Below, piece by piece: positions 25,974 to 38,003 of a stretch of 64,000 nt of DNA; within the stretch, counting starts at the first letter, position 1; the number at the start of each line of letters is the position of its first letter. The DNA is from Pelomyxa schiedti. Taxonomy: Eukaryota > Protista > Evosea. The notes beneath the pieces are model-generated. The model did not search any database. It saw nothing but the letters and a program-made list of their open reading frames with translations, and had not been told where the DNA came from. Position numbers and translations under genes: made by a program. The stretch is from the NCBI GenBank assembly GCA_020536535.1, contig JAHLWZ010000799.1, positions 1 to 64,000 of the forward strand, read 5' to 3'.

Positions 25974-27842
25974 ATGTCAGACAGCTCGAGTATAGATACA
26001 TCGGGTGAAATATCTGCTCAAGACACTTCTGGGGATGTTTCTTGTGACACATCCACCGAGGGTTGCGGAATGCAAATAAATGTAACAGAAGTTACAAACA
26101 CAGAATCAGAGCCAACCTCTAATGCTATGGACCAATCACAGGTCCCTTTTTTTGTTCCACCGTATCCTTAATGAGAAGTACCTGTTAGACTGAGACTCCA
26201 GCAGTCGAACAACTTCTAAAAGAAGCTCTCAGTGAGTTAAATGATACAATTGTAGAGCTTCAAGACACAAGACAAAAAAACGAAAATCTCAACAACGATC
26301 TCACACTTGCACGCGAAGAATTATGTACGAAATTGGACCAGTATTTCGAGTCTAACTCAACTTTCTGCAGCAAATCAAGCCACACAATTCGTCACTGCAA
26401 TACAAGGTCTACAGGAGCAAGTTGACCAAAAAACGGCTGAGCTTACAGTAAGAGAGGAAGACCACCATGCTTTCTGTAATATTCTCACTGCTGCTGGTGT
26501 TAATCCAACAACACTGCGGGACGATTCTGCCATATCTCTCCAGTTTTGTAATTCTTTATCCTCTGGGGAATCCACAACTCCTGCCACTCCCGCTAGTCCT
26601 CTGCTGGCTCGCATGATGCGCGAGTTGACCAACTTAGATAACGCACGCCAGTCACTACTTTCCAAGGTGGCATTGTTGGAATCAGAGAAAAAGACTCTCC
26701 CAAAAGACCCACCACAGAATACAGAAGCGAACTCAAAGCCTGATATAATTAGTACAAGAGAACAAGAAATAACTAAACAACTGGAACATGAGAAAACTCT
26801 CTCAGCAGAGTACAAGCACGCACTTGATGAAGCTAATATTCGTCTTTCTCAGTTGGAGACTGAAGTTACAAAACAAACTGCCGCGTGTGAACAGGCCAAT
26901 GTTCAGATACAACACATTTCCGAAGTAGCCAAGAAGCAAGAAACCACATTAGCAGAGTTGATGGAACAATGCCGAGTCCTACAAGCTGAAGTAACTTCTA
27001 AGTAAATACCTTCATATCCATATTAGCACTCATTTTAGAACTTTGTTTCCAGTAAGACTGCTCGTGAGACTCAAGACCCTCATGCAGTGGCACAAGCAGT
27101 ACCACAGCCACATCCACCATCACCTCAAGTCACAGCCATAGTCCCTCAAACAGCCGCGGCATTACCTGCTCCACCTACATCAACCACTGTGGGTACTCTA
27201 CCTCTATCTTCCTCATAGTACCTTTTCGTCTGATTTATCTACCAGAAAGGTAGTAGCACTACAAAGGTGGATGAATATTACATTCCTAAAGATCCTGCTG
27301 CAGAAGAAAGGTTATAATTAAAATAAATATAGCCCATATTCTTCCCCACCGCTCATAACAGAGAAGTGAAAGAGTGGATATCCAATCTTATTAACATCGA
27401 TATTACCACTCGAGATTTGTATGAAACAATGAAAGATGGAATAACAATTTTAAATGTTCTCATTCCTACCATTTCTACCAACTGGGGGTGGCTTTTAACA
27501 ACTGGAGCACTAACGTACTTCAGGTGATTGATAAAGTCAAACCAGGCATTGTGGACTGGAAAAAAGTTGCCAAACCTGGCACCAAAGCACTCAACGTATG
27601 CATTTTGCCTTAGTCTACTTCCCAGATTCTTCTTTTCTAATTCTAATTTTCTACAGCTTTTCCAAATTGCAACAAACGTGGAACATGCATGTGACTGCTT
27701 CAAGAGGATGAATTTGCTTGTTGCAATCTGTGGAAAAGATATTCTGGACAAAAAGCAGAACACAGTCCTAGGACTACTCATTTACCTCAAACGGAGCACA
27801 GGAGGCCGGTCCACTTTGACCCAATCCACAGACAGGCTTTGA
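25974..27842 (+). CDS. Coiled-coil protein with C-terminal calponin-homology (CH) domain
   Basis: Heptad-rich exon 26307-27005. CH hallmarks EVKEWISNL, DLYETMKDGITIL, NVEHACDCFKRM, ICGKDILDKKQNTVLGLLIYL. Confidence 0.8.
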
Positions 27843-27916
27843 CAAGCCATTTTGTTTGCAAATAGAGAAAGGAAAAGAGAGTTTGTTTTATTTCCAACCA
27901 ACAACAAAATATTCTT

Positions 27917-29269
27917 CTACCCAAATCTCCAGAAACTGGCATATTGTTTGGGGAACATGGGGTGAGCTGACCACTGGTATCCTTGAGCGTGGTGTGGCTG
28001 TGCGTCAAGGTTAGAGGAAACAAGGCTTTTATTGTGAGACTCTAACATACCTTGGGTGGTTTGGCTGGATTTCGGGTGCGAGGATAGGTTACACAAAGTT
28101 GCTGTATGGTTGTGCGGAATTCATCGAAGCTTACACTGTTATCTCCATTCTTGTCCTGTGCCAAAAGTATTAATAAAGGGACTGTAAATAGTAGCTTGGA
28201 ACTACCAAATGGTAAAGGAGCTGCTGGGCCTCATTTCTAGAAAACATTAGACGGTTATTGGAAAGTGCGGGACATACTGTTGCATGTGATACCCAAAGAG
28301 TTTCAATGAATTCATTACAGTCATAGCATTCATTGCACCACTAGCCATAATTTGTTGCTGTTTTGAGTGGTTAGTTGGATAACAAAATTATTTAATCAGT
28401 ACTCACATATGATCTCTGGAGCTTGGCGTCCCGCTTTGGAGTCCAGACGGGCTACGTGGAGTATTAGGAGGAGAGGATAGCTTGGAAGGAAGTACCTTGA
28501 AGTACATGTTTGGTTGTAGTTGTCCCATAAACATCGGGAATTGTTTATTCGGTTGTTGCTGCATGCCTTGCTGTCCCATCATGCCAGGTTGGCCTCCCAT
28601 TCCGGGTTGGCCCATCATCCCCGGTTGACCTCCCATTCCGGGTTGGCCTCCCATGCCGGGTTGGCTGCCCATCATCCCTGGTTGTCCCATCATTCCGGGT
28701 TGACTTCCCATCATGCCAGGTTGGCCTCCCATTCCGGGTTGACCCATCATACCCGGCTGCCCCATCATGCCTGGTTGGCCTCCCATGCCTGGTTGGCTGC
28801 CCATCATTCCTGGTTGACCCATCATTCCTGGTTGTCCCATCATACCAGGTTGGCCCATCATTCCGGGTTGCCCCATCATCCCTGGTTGGCCTCCCATTCC
28901 CGGCTGTCCCATCATTCCTGGTTGGCCCATCATACCCGGTTGGCCCATCATTCCCGGCTGCCCCATCATGCCCGGTTGGCTGCCCATCATACCAGGCTGA
29001 CTTCCCATCATTCCTGGCATCATCCCCGGTTGTCCGGGCATCATCCCTGGCTGGCCGGGCATCATTCCGGGCATCATACCCGGCTGCCCCGGCATCATTC
29101 CCGGCTGTCCGGGCATCATACCAGGCATCATTCCCGGCTGTCCCATCATACCAGGCTGGCCCATCATGCCTGGTTGTCCCATCATACCCGGCTGACCCGG
29201 CATCATTCCGGGCATCATCCCTGGTTGCCCCATCATCCCTGGATACGAACCGTAACCGCCGTATGCCAT
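27917..29269 (-). CDS. EF-hand protein with long Gly/Gln/Pro/Met repeat N-terminus
   Basis: MAYGGYGSYPGMM followed by (GQPGMM)n. Spliced C-terminus NEAQQLLYHL|DKNGDNSVSFDEF is a canonical EF loop. Ends YASFWRFG*. Confidence 0.85.
28570..29240 (-). repeat. Coding tandem repeat of mostly 18/21-nt units (GQPGMM / GSQPGMM / PGMM), more than 30 units
   Basis: Visible in the sequence and in ORF 28403-29572. Third codon positions vary between units. Confidence 0.95.
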
Positions 29270-29435
29270 TGTCGCTGTTGTTGTCGCTTCTCCGGTCTCG
29301 TGTTTGTTGTTGGTTGGGGTTTTTTTTGTTTGTTTGTTTTGTGTAAACGACGCGGTTGTGCTTATAAATTCTTCTTTTCGCCTTTTTCTGCGACTTTGAC
29401 CAGGAAAAAGTCTATTTCTAGACTCAAACGCCCAA

Positions 29436-31736
29436 TTACGGCTGGTGCAGGGAAGTGGTGTCGAAGTGGGCGAATCCCAACGCCTGCATGAGTCGTTCCA
29501 TGAACGCGTCGGTCTTGGCATACACACGCGTGGTTGCGAGCAAATCACACGGGGTGTGTTGCAGGTTGACAATCACAAGCTTCCCGCCGGATTTGAGTAC
29601 CTTGAGGGGGTATGAGGCCGCCGGTTGCACATTCATGCTTGTACCTTTTGGTGAGGGATGGTGAGTACAGGATTGGATTCTTTTGGTTAGTATTTATTGA
29701 TTGAATTTCATGTGTTTATAATAAAGCAGAGAATCGCAACCTAATACAACTGCAAGGTCCGCTTTTCTGGAATGGTACTCGGCGGTGATGGGGTCCAGCA
29801 TTGTTCGGTAGGTATCCCTGGTTAAATTCGTTAGCTCTTAAAAAAGAAAAAAACGGAAGAAGCCATACGAAAAATCAACTATTGTGTCTTGAAGTGGTGC
29901 CTTACAATAGTCACATTTGCTACCAGTGTAGTGGTAGGCTGAATAAAATTGACACACATCGTAGCTTGAATGACTTTTAGTTGGAGGGAAGACGCTCACG
30001 TGAGGACATACTCCCGATGAACTACTTTTTTACAAAATTCGCAGCACTCTTTGTATCCACTGCCATGCAGTTCGACGATCATGTGGCGAGGTAACCCACT
30101 TCTTGTGTGAAGTCCATCCATGTTGGTGGTTACCTAGTGCTAATAAGTAGGCCCAGATGAAATGGCTTAAAATACAAACCACGAATTTAAGCAGTCTTTT
30201 ACGCCCAAGGTGTGTTATGGCATAGTGAGCAAATGTTGGAAGAGCCCCTTCGAAGTCTTTGCCTCCTGAATCTAAACCTTTATCTCTAAGGGTCCACAAG
30301 CCCTAGCAACGGTACATAAATTGTGCTATAAGCTGCAGTGTGGGACGGTCATACTTGGGGACCTCGGAAGTCAGGTATGTTGGCACTTGTGCTAATTCCA
30401 GCACCTGTAAAGAAGACAACGTGCTTGGCAGTTTTTAATGCTTGGGCAACTTCGTTTGCCTTTTTTTTTTTTTTCATGTCACCATATTATATTATGGTTG
30501 GGGGAGAAGAAAAACCTTGAATAACAGGGATTCTAATGGCTCTTCATACTCTACACGTTCATCATCAAAGATCCTCTCCATTTCCAGACGGGTTAATCTA
30601 ACCTCAGTTCGTTGAAGAAAGTCGATATCCTTTAAATAGGATTAGGTCTTGATTATTGTGTGGCGAAAGAAACCGAGAGAATTGCATCGCCACAGGGCCG
30701 GGATTGGGGCATATTGAAATATTCGTCGTGCGGAAGTACAGGAGGGGTCATCATGAACAAATCTTTAAGAACCTTCTTTATTTCCATTTGCACCAAATCT
30801 AAATCAGGAAGGAGATAAAACAATAGCTGGGGAGTATCAAATGAAACCTTCTTTAGAGTTCATTCGCAAAGAGTGTGGGTACTGCAAAGGATTTAGAACT
30901 GAGATGAAGTCTTCTTGTATCTCTTGCCCATCGACTGTAGGGGTCGGTATTTGCCTCAAAATTCGATACTGTAAGACGCATTCCCGTGAGTCAATGTAAC
31001 CTTTGATAATACTTAGCAAACCTTAAGCTCGTAGCCTATGTCGTCCTTGATTTCGGCCAGACATAGTTTATTTTGTGAACAGCCCTCTCGCCAAATGACT
31101 ATAGCCTCTTCAACAAGTGCAGCATCCCCGATGTAAACAACACCACTTTGCCGCACATGAAAGCATTCCGCCTTGTTAAAATACAAGTTTTAGTGGTTTG
31201 ATTTGGCGCTATATGGAGATAACCTTTCGAACGTCGCAATCTTCAAAAACGAATATACACTTGGTACAATTGATCATCCGGCAGGTTCGAGAAACCACTA
31301 CGGCGCTATCTAGCACATAAATGCGGCATTTTACACAATCTTTCACCACTATCATCCCCAAACGCTGCAGAAGAAGCGGGATTAAATAAAATCAGGTGCC
31401 GGTCGAATAACGCAGAGCACACCTGATTCTGAACGATAGTGAAAGCACAATTTACGCAACCGTTGATGAAAACTATGTCATGTGACCGCAAGTGGTCAAG
31501 AGTCACACGTGAGCCATTCATTCCAGTGTACTGAACAACGTTTCTGCACGAGAAAAAAAATGCATATAAGCAGCGTAAGTAAACACGGGATGGGGACGCA
31601 GGGGCAACTTGGGAGCATCTGAGAACGGAGACACGGGAGTGAAGTTGAATCTCGCATTCTCTGTGTAGTAAAAAAGACCAGCCGGAACAGAGTCATGGGA
31701 GGCCGAGGCCGAGGACGTCCGTGTTGTACTGTGCAT
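29436..31736 (-). CDS. Class IV sirtuin (SIRT6/7-like) with N-terminal C-CAP/cofactor-C-like beta-helix
   Basis: [17 protein letters not shown]|GLWT; [12 protein letters not shown]; ELHG; CEFC...CDYC Zn site; G|TSMNVQPA; [11 protein letters not shown]-terminal repeats [13 protein letters not shown] / [12 protein letters not shown] / [11 protein letters not shown]. Confidence 0.9.
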
Positions 31737-31964
31737 TCGCCTACGAGAACAATAAACGAAAACGGAACAAAGATCTTTGGAAATGAAGAATTCTCCCCGG
31801 TCCCAGATGGGAATCCATTCAATCGCACTCTGCTCGCAACCATCCCTCCCTGAGGAAGTGTTGTCTCCGTTGGTCAATTGGCGGAATAAAAAAAAACGCC
31901 AGCCCGCGATCCTGGCCTGAGTCCTGGTTTTGTTCAAAGATCTTACCAACAGATCGGCGAGTCA

Positions 31965-34900
31965 ATGTCTAGCCCCCGACGGCCACGCGGTTCCCCTCGG
32001 CGGCTCCGCCTCCAAGTCTCCAAGGACGACACCACGCCCGCAATAGCAGCCGACGGCGGCGGCGCCGCCACGTGCAACGACGACCCCGCCGGCGGAGCTG
32101 CTGATGCCTCTGCCGTAGACACCCGCGACCCTACCTCGACGTCCCCCGTGAGCTCCCCCTCCAAGCGGTCCAGGACACTCCCCAGCAGCGTCCTCGGCGG
32201 GGCCGTCGGCGCTACTTCCACCACCACTACCACGAGCGGGGGCGGGCGGGGCCACAGCGGCAGCGCCAGGGCCCCCGCGGCCGCGGCCACCGACAGCAAC
32301 GGCAGCGGCGGCGGCGCCGGCGGCATCACCAAAGGGAGCGGGGGCGGCGGGATCGCGAACGCAAGTTCCAGTGTGAGCGTGGGGGGGAGCGGGAACGGCA
32401 GCAGAGGCAATGAAACGAATAGAAATGGGGTTGGAAATTCAACTGCAACTGCGAATGCCAATGGCAATGGCAATGGTAATGGCAGTGTCAGTGCCAATGG
32501 AAGCAGCCTGTGTTTGCCGCCGCCGACTTCGACAACTGTGATTTCGTCTGGGACTAGTACGCCGCTACTATCTTGTGCCAAACTTAGCTCCAGCCGGTCG
32601 CCCACTCGCTCGCCTCGCAGTTGCAGTTGCAGCTGCAGTTGCACTTCGGGTTCAGGTTCAAATAGCGGAAGTGGCGGAAGCTGCAGTTGCTGTTCGTGCT
32701 CTGCTTGCGCAGCCGCAGCCGCTGCTTCTGCTGCTGGAAGTTGTGGCGGCTCCTGCACTTCGTGTTCAATTTGTCATGGTTGCAGTTGTGGTGGCAGGCA
32801 AGGAAGTGCTTCTTGTTCTACGTGCAAAAGTGGTGGCCACCCTAACTCTGGGACTTGTAGTTCGTGTAACTCCTCTGTTGGCTCGTGCAGCTGCACTTAC
32901 TCTTACTCTTGCTCTTGTTCATGTTCACGATCTTGCTCCTGTGGTTCTACTGGATCACGCACTCAGTTCACATGCCCCGATGTCGTTTGGTGCAATGTTT
33001 CCAATACTGCTATTTCGACGCCGAAAAGTACTTATTCTGGCTCCACTGGTGGGTACTTGTGTTTAGTGTCTGTGCTCTTCTTATCATTGAAGGTAAACTT
33101 GAACCTCATGAATCCTTCACGCGGGGAATATGGACTTTCTCTGTGGGCGACTTTGTTATGCTACGGTGTAATGATAAACCAGAGGTGCAAACTTGCCGTT
33201 GCGTGTCGTCTAGGAATATTCCAGAGACCCTTAGAGTAGGTAACTCTACTTTATTCACTTAGGTTTAATAGTTTATTTTAACAAACTGCTTCTATCAGGC
33301 CAGATTCACTGTTTGTGGGAACGGTTATCTGACAACACAAAATGGGCTGAAATTCGTCCCTTCTTTTCTCCTCACCTACTTGAAATGGGCAACACTTCAG
33401 TCAAGGGCCAAGGCGGAAATGAAACCTGGGTGTTGAATAAACAATCGCAAATTCCCTCAGATCCCACAGATGTGGGTTCCCTATATGCCTGGGTGCAGTC
33501 AACCTTGTCGAAAAAGCCCTACCATGGTGAAGCCGAGTTGATTGCTGTCAATTTCTTTGTAGAAATTACACTCGCTTCCATCGGCGGTACTCCACATTGC
33601 CCTTATGAGTCTCACAATTTTTCTTCCAGAAAAATGCATTGTTGAAGACTGGGCAAACTTTACCACTCGCCTTAGCTTTCCTCCTGGTGTTTTTTATTGC
33701 AGAGAGGTTATTACCAAAAATTCGGAAGGTAGTCCAACAGCAATTACTCCACCGGATGCACTCCGTCTCCAGTGGACTCCAAAGAGGCATGTCTTCCAAA
33801 AGAATTGCAATCCTGTAGAAGGCAGTCCCACAGGTTTTTTTTCTTTTTACTTGATGGTGACTTGCTAACAATTGTGTAAAAATAATAGTCTCGAAAAAGC
33901 GGAAGGTTGTTTACACTACAGAGCTTTCACCACGTCTTCCCTTTAGAAAGCCTATTGATTCAACTGTCTTGGCATATGACAGTGATGACGAAAAGAAACC
34001 GAGTACTTGAATCATCTCATCTTCAGGTTTTTTTTTTTTTCATCATCTCAACAGGGACAAAAATCAAGACATCAGACTCGCTTCCAATTTCCGACTCCGG
34101 TATACTACCTTGTGACAGTACCCCAAATATAGAACCTCGAACAGAAAAACCAACATCAAATTGCACAAGTTCGACAACTCCTCTTGATACACCACCGCTC
34201 ATTGATAGAAGTGAATCATTGTGTGGGAGATTATTGGATTCCGCACAAACACGACCAAAGAAGACAAAAACAAAGCAAACTCTGATGGGGGTTGAATTCC
34301 AAGAACATCTTCATCAGCATAATATTGTATTTTTGCTTGTCATTTCCCATTTGTATTCTAAAACTTTTGTAGTTGTCAAACTTCTTCCAAGCACGAGCTA
34401 CTACCCCTCACGTATCCCAAAAAGTACACAACCATAAAACTAGTTCTGGGATTAAATCTATTCAGAAAAAAGACCCCTTGCTTCCAAATAGCAGTGCCGT
34501 TACTACTCCTACGCCATCAACTGATACCTTGGCTACTACTGTAATATCTGACTCATCTGCTTTGGCTTCCACGCCAAGTCCATCAGATGAACCAGCACCC
34601 AAACCGGTGAAAAAGAAACATCTTCTTTCAACAAAAGAATATGTCCGTAAAAAGTGGTACGTCCTCCATTCACCAGGGAGAATTACTTACCCCACTAGTA
34701 CAAAACATGATGAGAGTGAAAGTGATGTTCAAGATTCCGACTCTGATCTGGATAACTTTGTTGTGAGTGATGACTTTGTTGAGTACACCTCTAGTGCAGA
34801 AAAGGGTAACAAAGGGAAGTCAAGAGAAGAAGAACCCCCAACACAAGACCCAGACCTAAGCCAAAAGGGTAATCAGGCAACACCTCACACTGAAGATAAA

Positions 34901-36041
34901 GAAAGGGAATTACCCCATTCGCCTTGTAGCCAACCTTCAAGTCTGGTATCTGTAAGAAGTGATGTGAGCACACTATCAGTAGATGCCCTCTCTGACAAAA
35001 TTAAAGAGAGTATCTCCCCTCTCTAATTTCGCTTTTTTAAAAGGAACAAGGTGGACCATCTTTCTTGTTTGCCAAGCAGTACACCTTAAAGGAAGCTTTT
35101 GATGTCTATCTCCAGTATGTTGCCAGTGCATGTATTGACAGGGACTTTCTGCGATTAATGCGTTGCACCTCAAAATCTGGTTCATTCGCGCTACTTTCTG
35201 CATAGCTTCTAAGAAACTGCAGAATCCTACTTTTCTCCGGCAGTAAAGCGAATTGATAGTCAACTATCAGCCAGAATGGAGCTTTTGCGAAGCAGTGTGT
35301 GGGCAGAAGACTTCTTTCTTAATCTCAATCAACGGCCTGTACTGCGCTCTTGGTACGACACAATGCACCACAAGGACTGCCAAGCGTGTTCACGAGCAAG
35401 ACACAACGCTCTTTTTCAAGTTAATTCCTTTCGTTGGCCTACCTTTTAACACTCACTCAATCCAGATTGAACTCTCGGGAACTCCATATGTTGTTGATAA
35501 TCTTTCTTCTGACGATGCTCTAAAAATGGTTTGTACACAATTGAAAGACACCTACCACCCAACACTTGCCAGATAATTGAAACCATTGATCAATCAGATA
35601 CACCATCCAGCAGTAGTAGCACCCAACCTCCTCTCAGTGTTACCTATTGCGTGGGCCGCTTTTGTAACAAGCGAGCAATGTTCTACCACTCGATTCGGCA
35701 TTTCAACTATCATCTCATACAAGCTCTCAACGTTGCGTAGCCCTCCTCCCATTTTTGTTCTCTCACTGCTGAATACCTCCGGTACTCACACTCCACTAGA
35801 CTAGGTTACTGACGGCGCAAAGTCAAGAAAGTGTTCCACTGGCTCAGCTTCATGATTCCAAGAAGAAGCACCTTATTGAAAAACTAGTCCATGACGAGGA
35901 ATGGGTTAAAGAGGTCAGCACAAAACAACGTGGCAACAAACAAAACGCTTACCAAAACCACAGAAATTCAAGAAATTCAAGGGATTGCTGGAAGACGCTG
36001 ACAACTTTGGAATGGAAAAAGGGAACAACCCTCACGAGTGA
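31965..36041 (+). CDS. Putative chromatin protein: low-complexity N-terminus + BAH domain + DUF4211/CCDC82-like C-terminus
   Basis: BAH-like LSVGDFVMLR...VWE...WAEIRPFFSP...EAELIA...SIG|KCIV...VFYCRE. Also DSDLDNFVVSDD; IELSGTPY; VGRFCNKRAMFYHSIRHFNYHL; EEWVKE...LLEDADNF. Confidence 0.72.
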
Positions 36042-36120
36042 CATGTAAAGAAAAAAGAAAGTTGATCGTCTCTCCATGCCATTTTTCCGATCACTTCACT
36101 TACGGAATCAATTTCAAAAG

Positions 36121-37856
36121 ATGGACGGGGCGACACCCAAGGGTGGTTCTTCGGCCGCGGCGTCTACAGCTACGGCGTGCGCAAAGTGCCGCGGAGATGG
36201 GCCTGTAAAGAAATTACGGGAGGCACACTTGTGCAAGTGTGATGGATTTTTTTGTTTTGGTTTCTTTTTTTTTTTTTTTTGCCCCTCAGGAGGTTGTTTG
36301 TTTTACTGTACCAAAAGGACTTGTTTGGAGGAGGCACAACATAAGCTGTTGTTCACTGGAATTGTTTTTGCATTTCCCAAGACCAAGTATTTGTACAGGT
36401 CACACAAGACACCTGCCCATGTTTCAACAGTGCTCTGTGCTGTTTCTGGAGGTCCTTCCTCATGGTAATGGCACTTTTTTGGATTAGGATTCACTCAAAT
36501 ACCAACAAGTTCCATGCTTTATGGACTGCATCACTTTTGTGGTTCTGCCACAGAGGACCCTGTCAGGGCTCTCAATATAAGTGCCTGTTTTGTCTCCACA
36601 GATGTACTTGGAAATGAAGTATGCTCGCAATTTGAGTGAGGTAAATCATAACACATTCCACATTAGGAAGAACATTTGCTAGCAGAACATATTCAAAGTT
36701 TGTGTGGTAAATGGGGGTTCACTTTCATGCACCTTCATATCTATCAGCTCTTTGAGAATGAAAACACTAGTAGTGATATGGCGCGCAACTGTTGGCACAT
36801 TTTGATTCACAAATACTATATTGATCTCTCTTTATGTAGATCTCACGCAGCTACTCACTGGTTTCAACAATACACTCAAACAAGAGCTACTTGATTTATT
36901 AAGAACCAAGCTGATCCTTGACATTGCTGAATCCCATAAGTTTAGGAGTGCCAATATGACATAACCTGACTTTTTTTAGATTTGAATATGTAGCATTTGG
37001 CACTTGTGGTACCCACATAGCAGCCAAAGTTATTGCTAAAACATGTACCGCCCGGGCCTCAGCCATTCCTTACCTTGGTTCTTGGGCCCACACACCCACA
37101 CCATACCGTATTCTAGACTCTTCAAATTTAAAATATGTAATAAACTGTAGATAGTCTGTTACTGCAGCCAATGAAGAATATGCTTCACTCTGAAGTTAAA
37201 GATTTTGCCTCTGAGCACAACTTTATTCTTCCACCGCACCTGCGTGATACAACCAATAAACCTGTAGCACCAATATCCATTCTGAGTTTGTCCACGGGTA
37301 TGTGTCCGTATCCACTGTTTTTCCACACTCTAATAGTATGAAACAGTCTTTCTACACAATCTGCAGCCTGAATTTCCCTCAACCGTTCACACCATACTAG
37401 CAACTGCTTCAAAACTAAAGCCACCTCAACAAGGCACTCCTTGCTTCCTGTGTCACATGTAAGCCACCCCGCCACAACAAGAAAGCTAACCCAACTCACC
37501 ATCCAAACAGGCCAGTGGAAGAGGCGGAAACCGAGGTGCCAACAGCCGCAGAAGCAGCCACGACCGATTCTATCACAACCCCCACCTCCAGCACCACATT
37601 GACATCCACGCCTACATCCACATCACAATCACAAGAGCCACCCCCCACAGATGACAACAAGGCATCTTCAACAACTTCTACCACTCCCAGCAATAACACT
37701 ACTCCACAATCACCGGCACAACCAGCATGTTCTTCAACTCCCATTCCCATTCGACACAAAGCCCTGTGCCAGGCCTGCACCAATCTTGGCAGGCAATTCT
37801 CATCCCTCACTGATAATGTTGTTTCATTTTCCACTATGATACAAAGACTATCTTGA
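36121..37856 (+). CDS. CTU2: Cytoplasmic tRNA 2-thiolation protein 2 (CTU2/Ncs2)-like
   Basis: N-terminal CAKC...LCK|TC; PP-loop-like VLCAVSGGPSS; LRTKLILDIA; AFGTCGTHIAAKVIAKTC; QPMKNMLHSEV; C-terminal LCQAC. Confidence 0.75.
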
Positions 37857-38003
37857 TTGTTCTTGCCCTATCTTGGCTCATTCCTCTACATCAACAACTT
37901 TTATGCACATGTATTCCAAGGAGGCTCGCGGAAACAATTCCAACGCAACCGTTCCACACAAAGCTTTAGCAGAAAATCATCAAACTGATCTAAAGGACAG
38001 AGG

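Noticed and set aside
28520-29491. 323-aa His-rich ORF on the + strand
   Set aside because: Antisense shadow of the GQPGMM repeat.
31943-32758. Long antisense or alternate-frame ORFs over GC-rich exons (also 3934-4281, 45616-46140, 62568-63209)
   Set aside because: Expected from stop-poor, GC-rich low-complexity sequence; no independent motifs.
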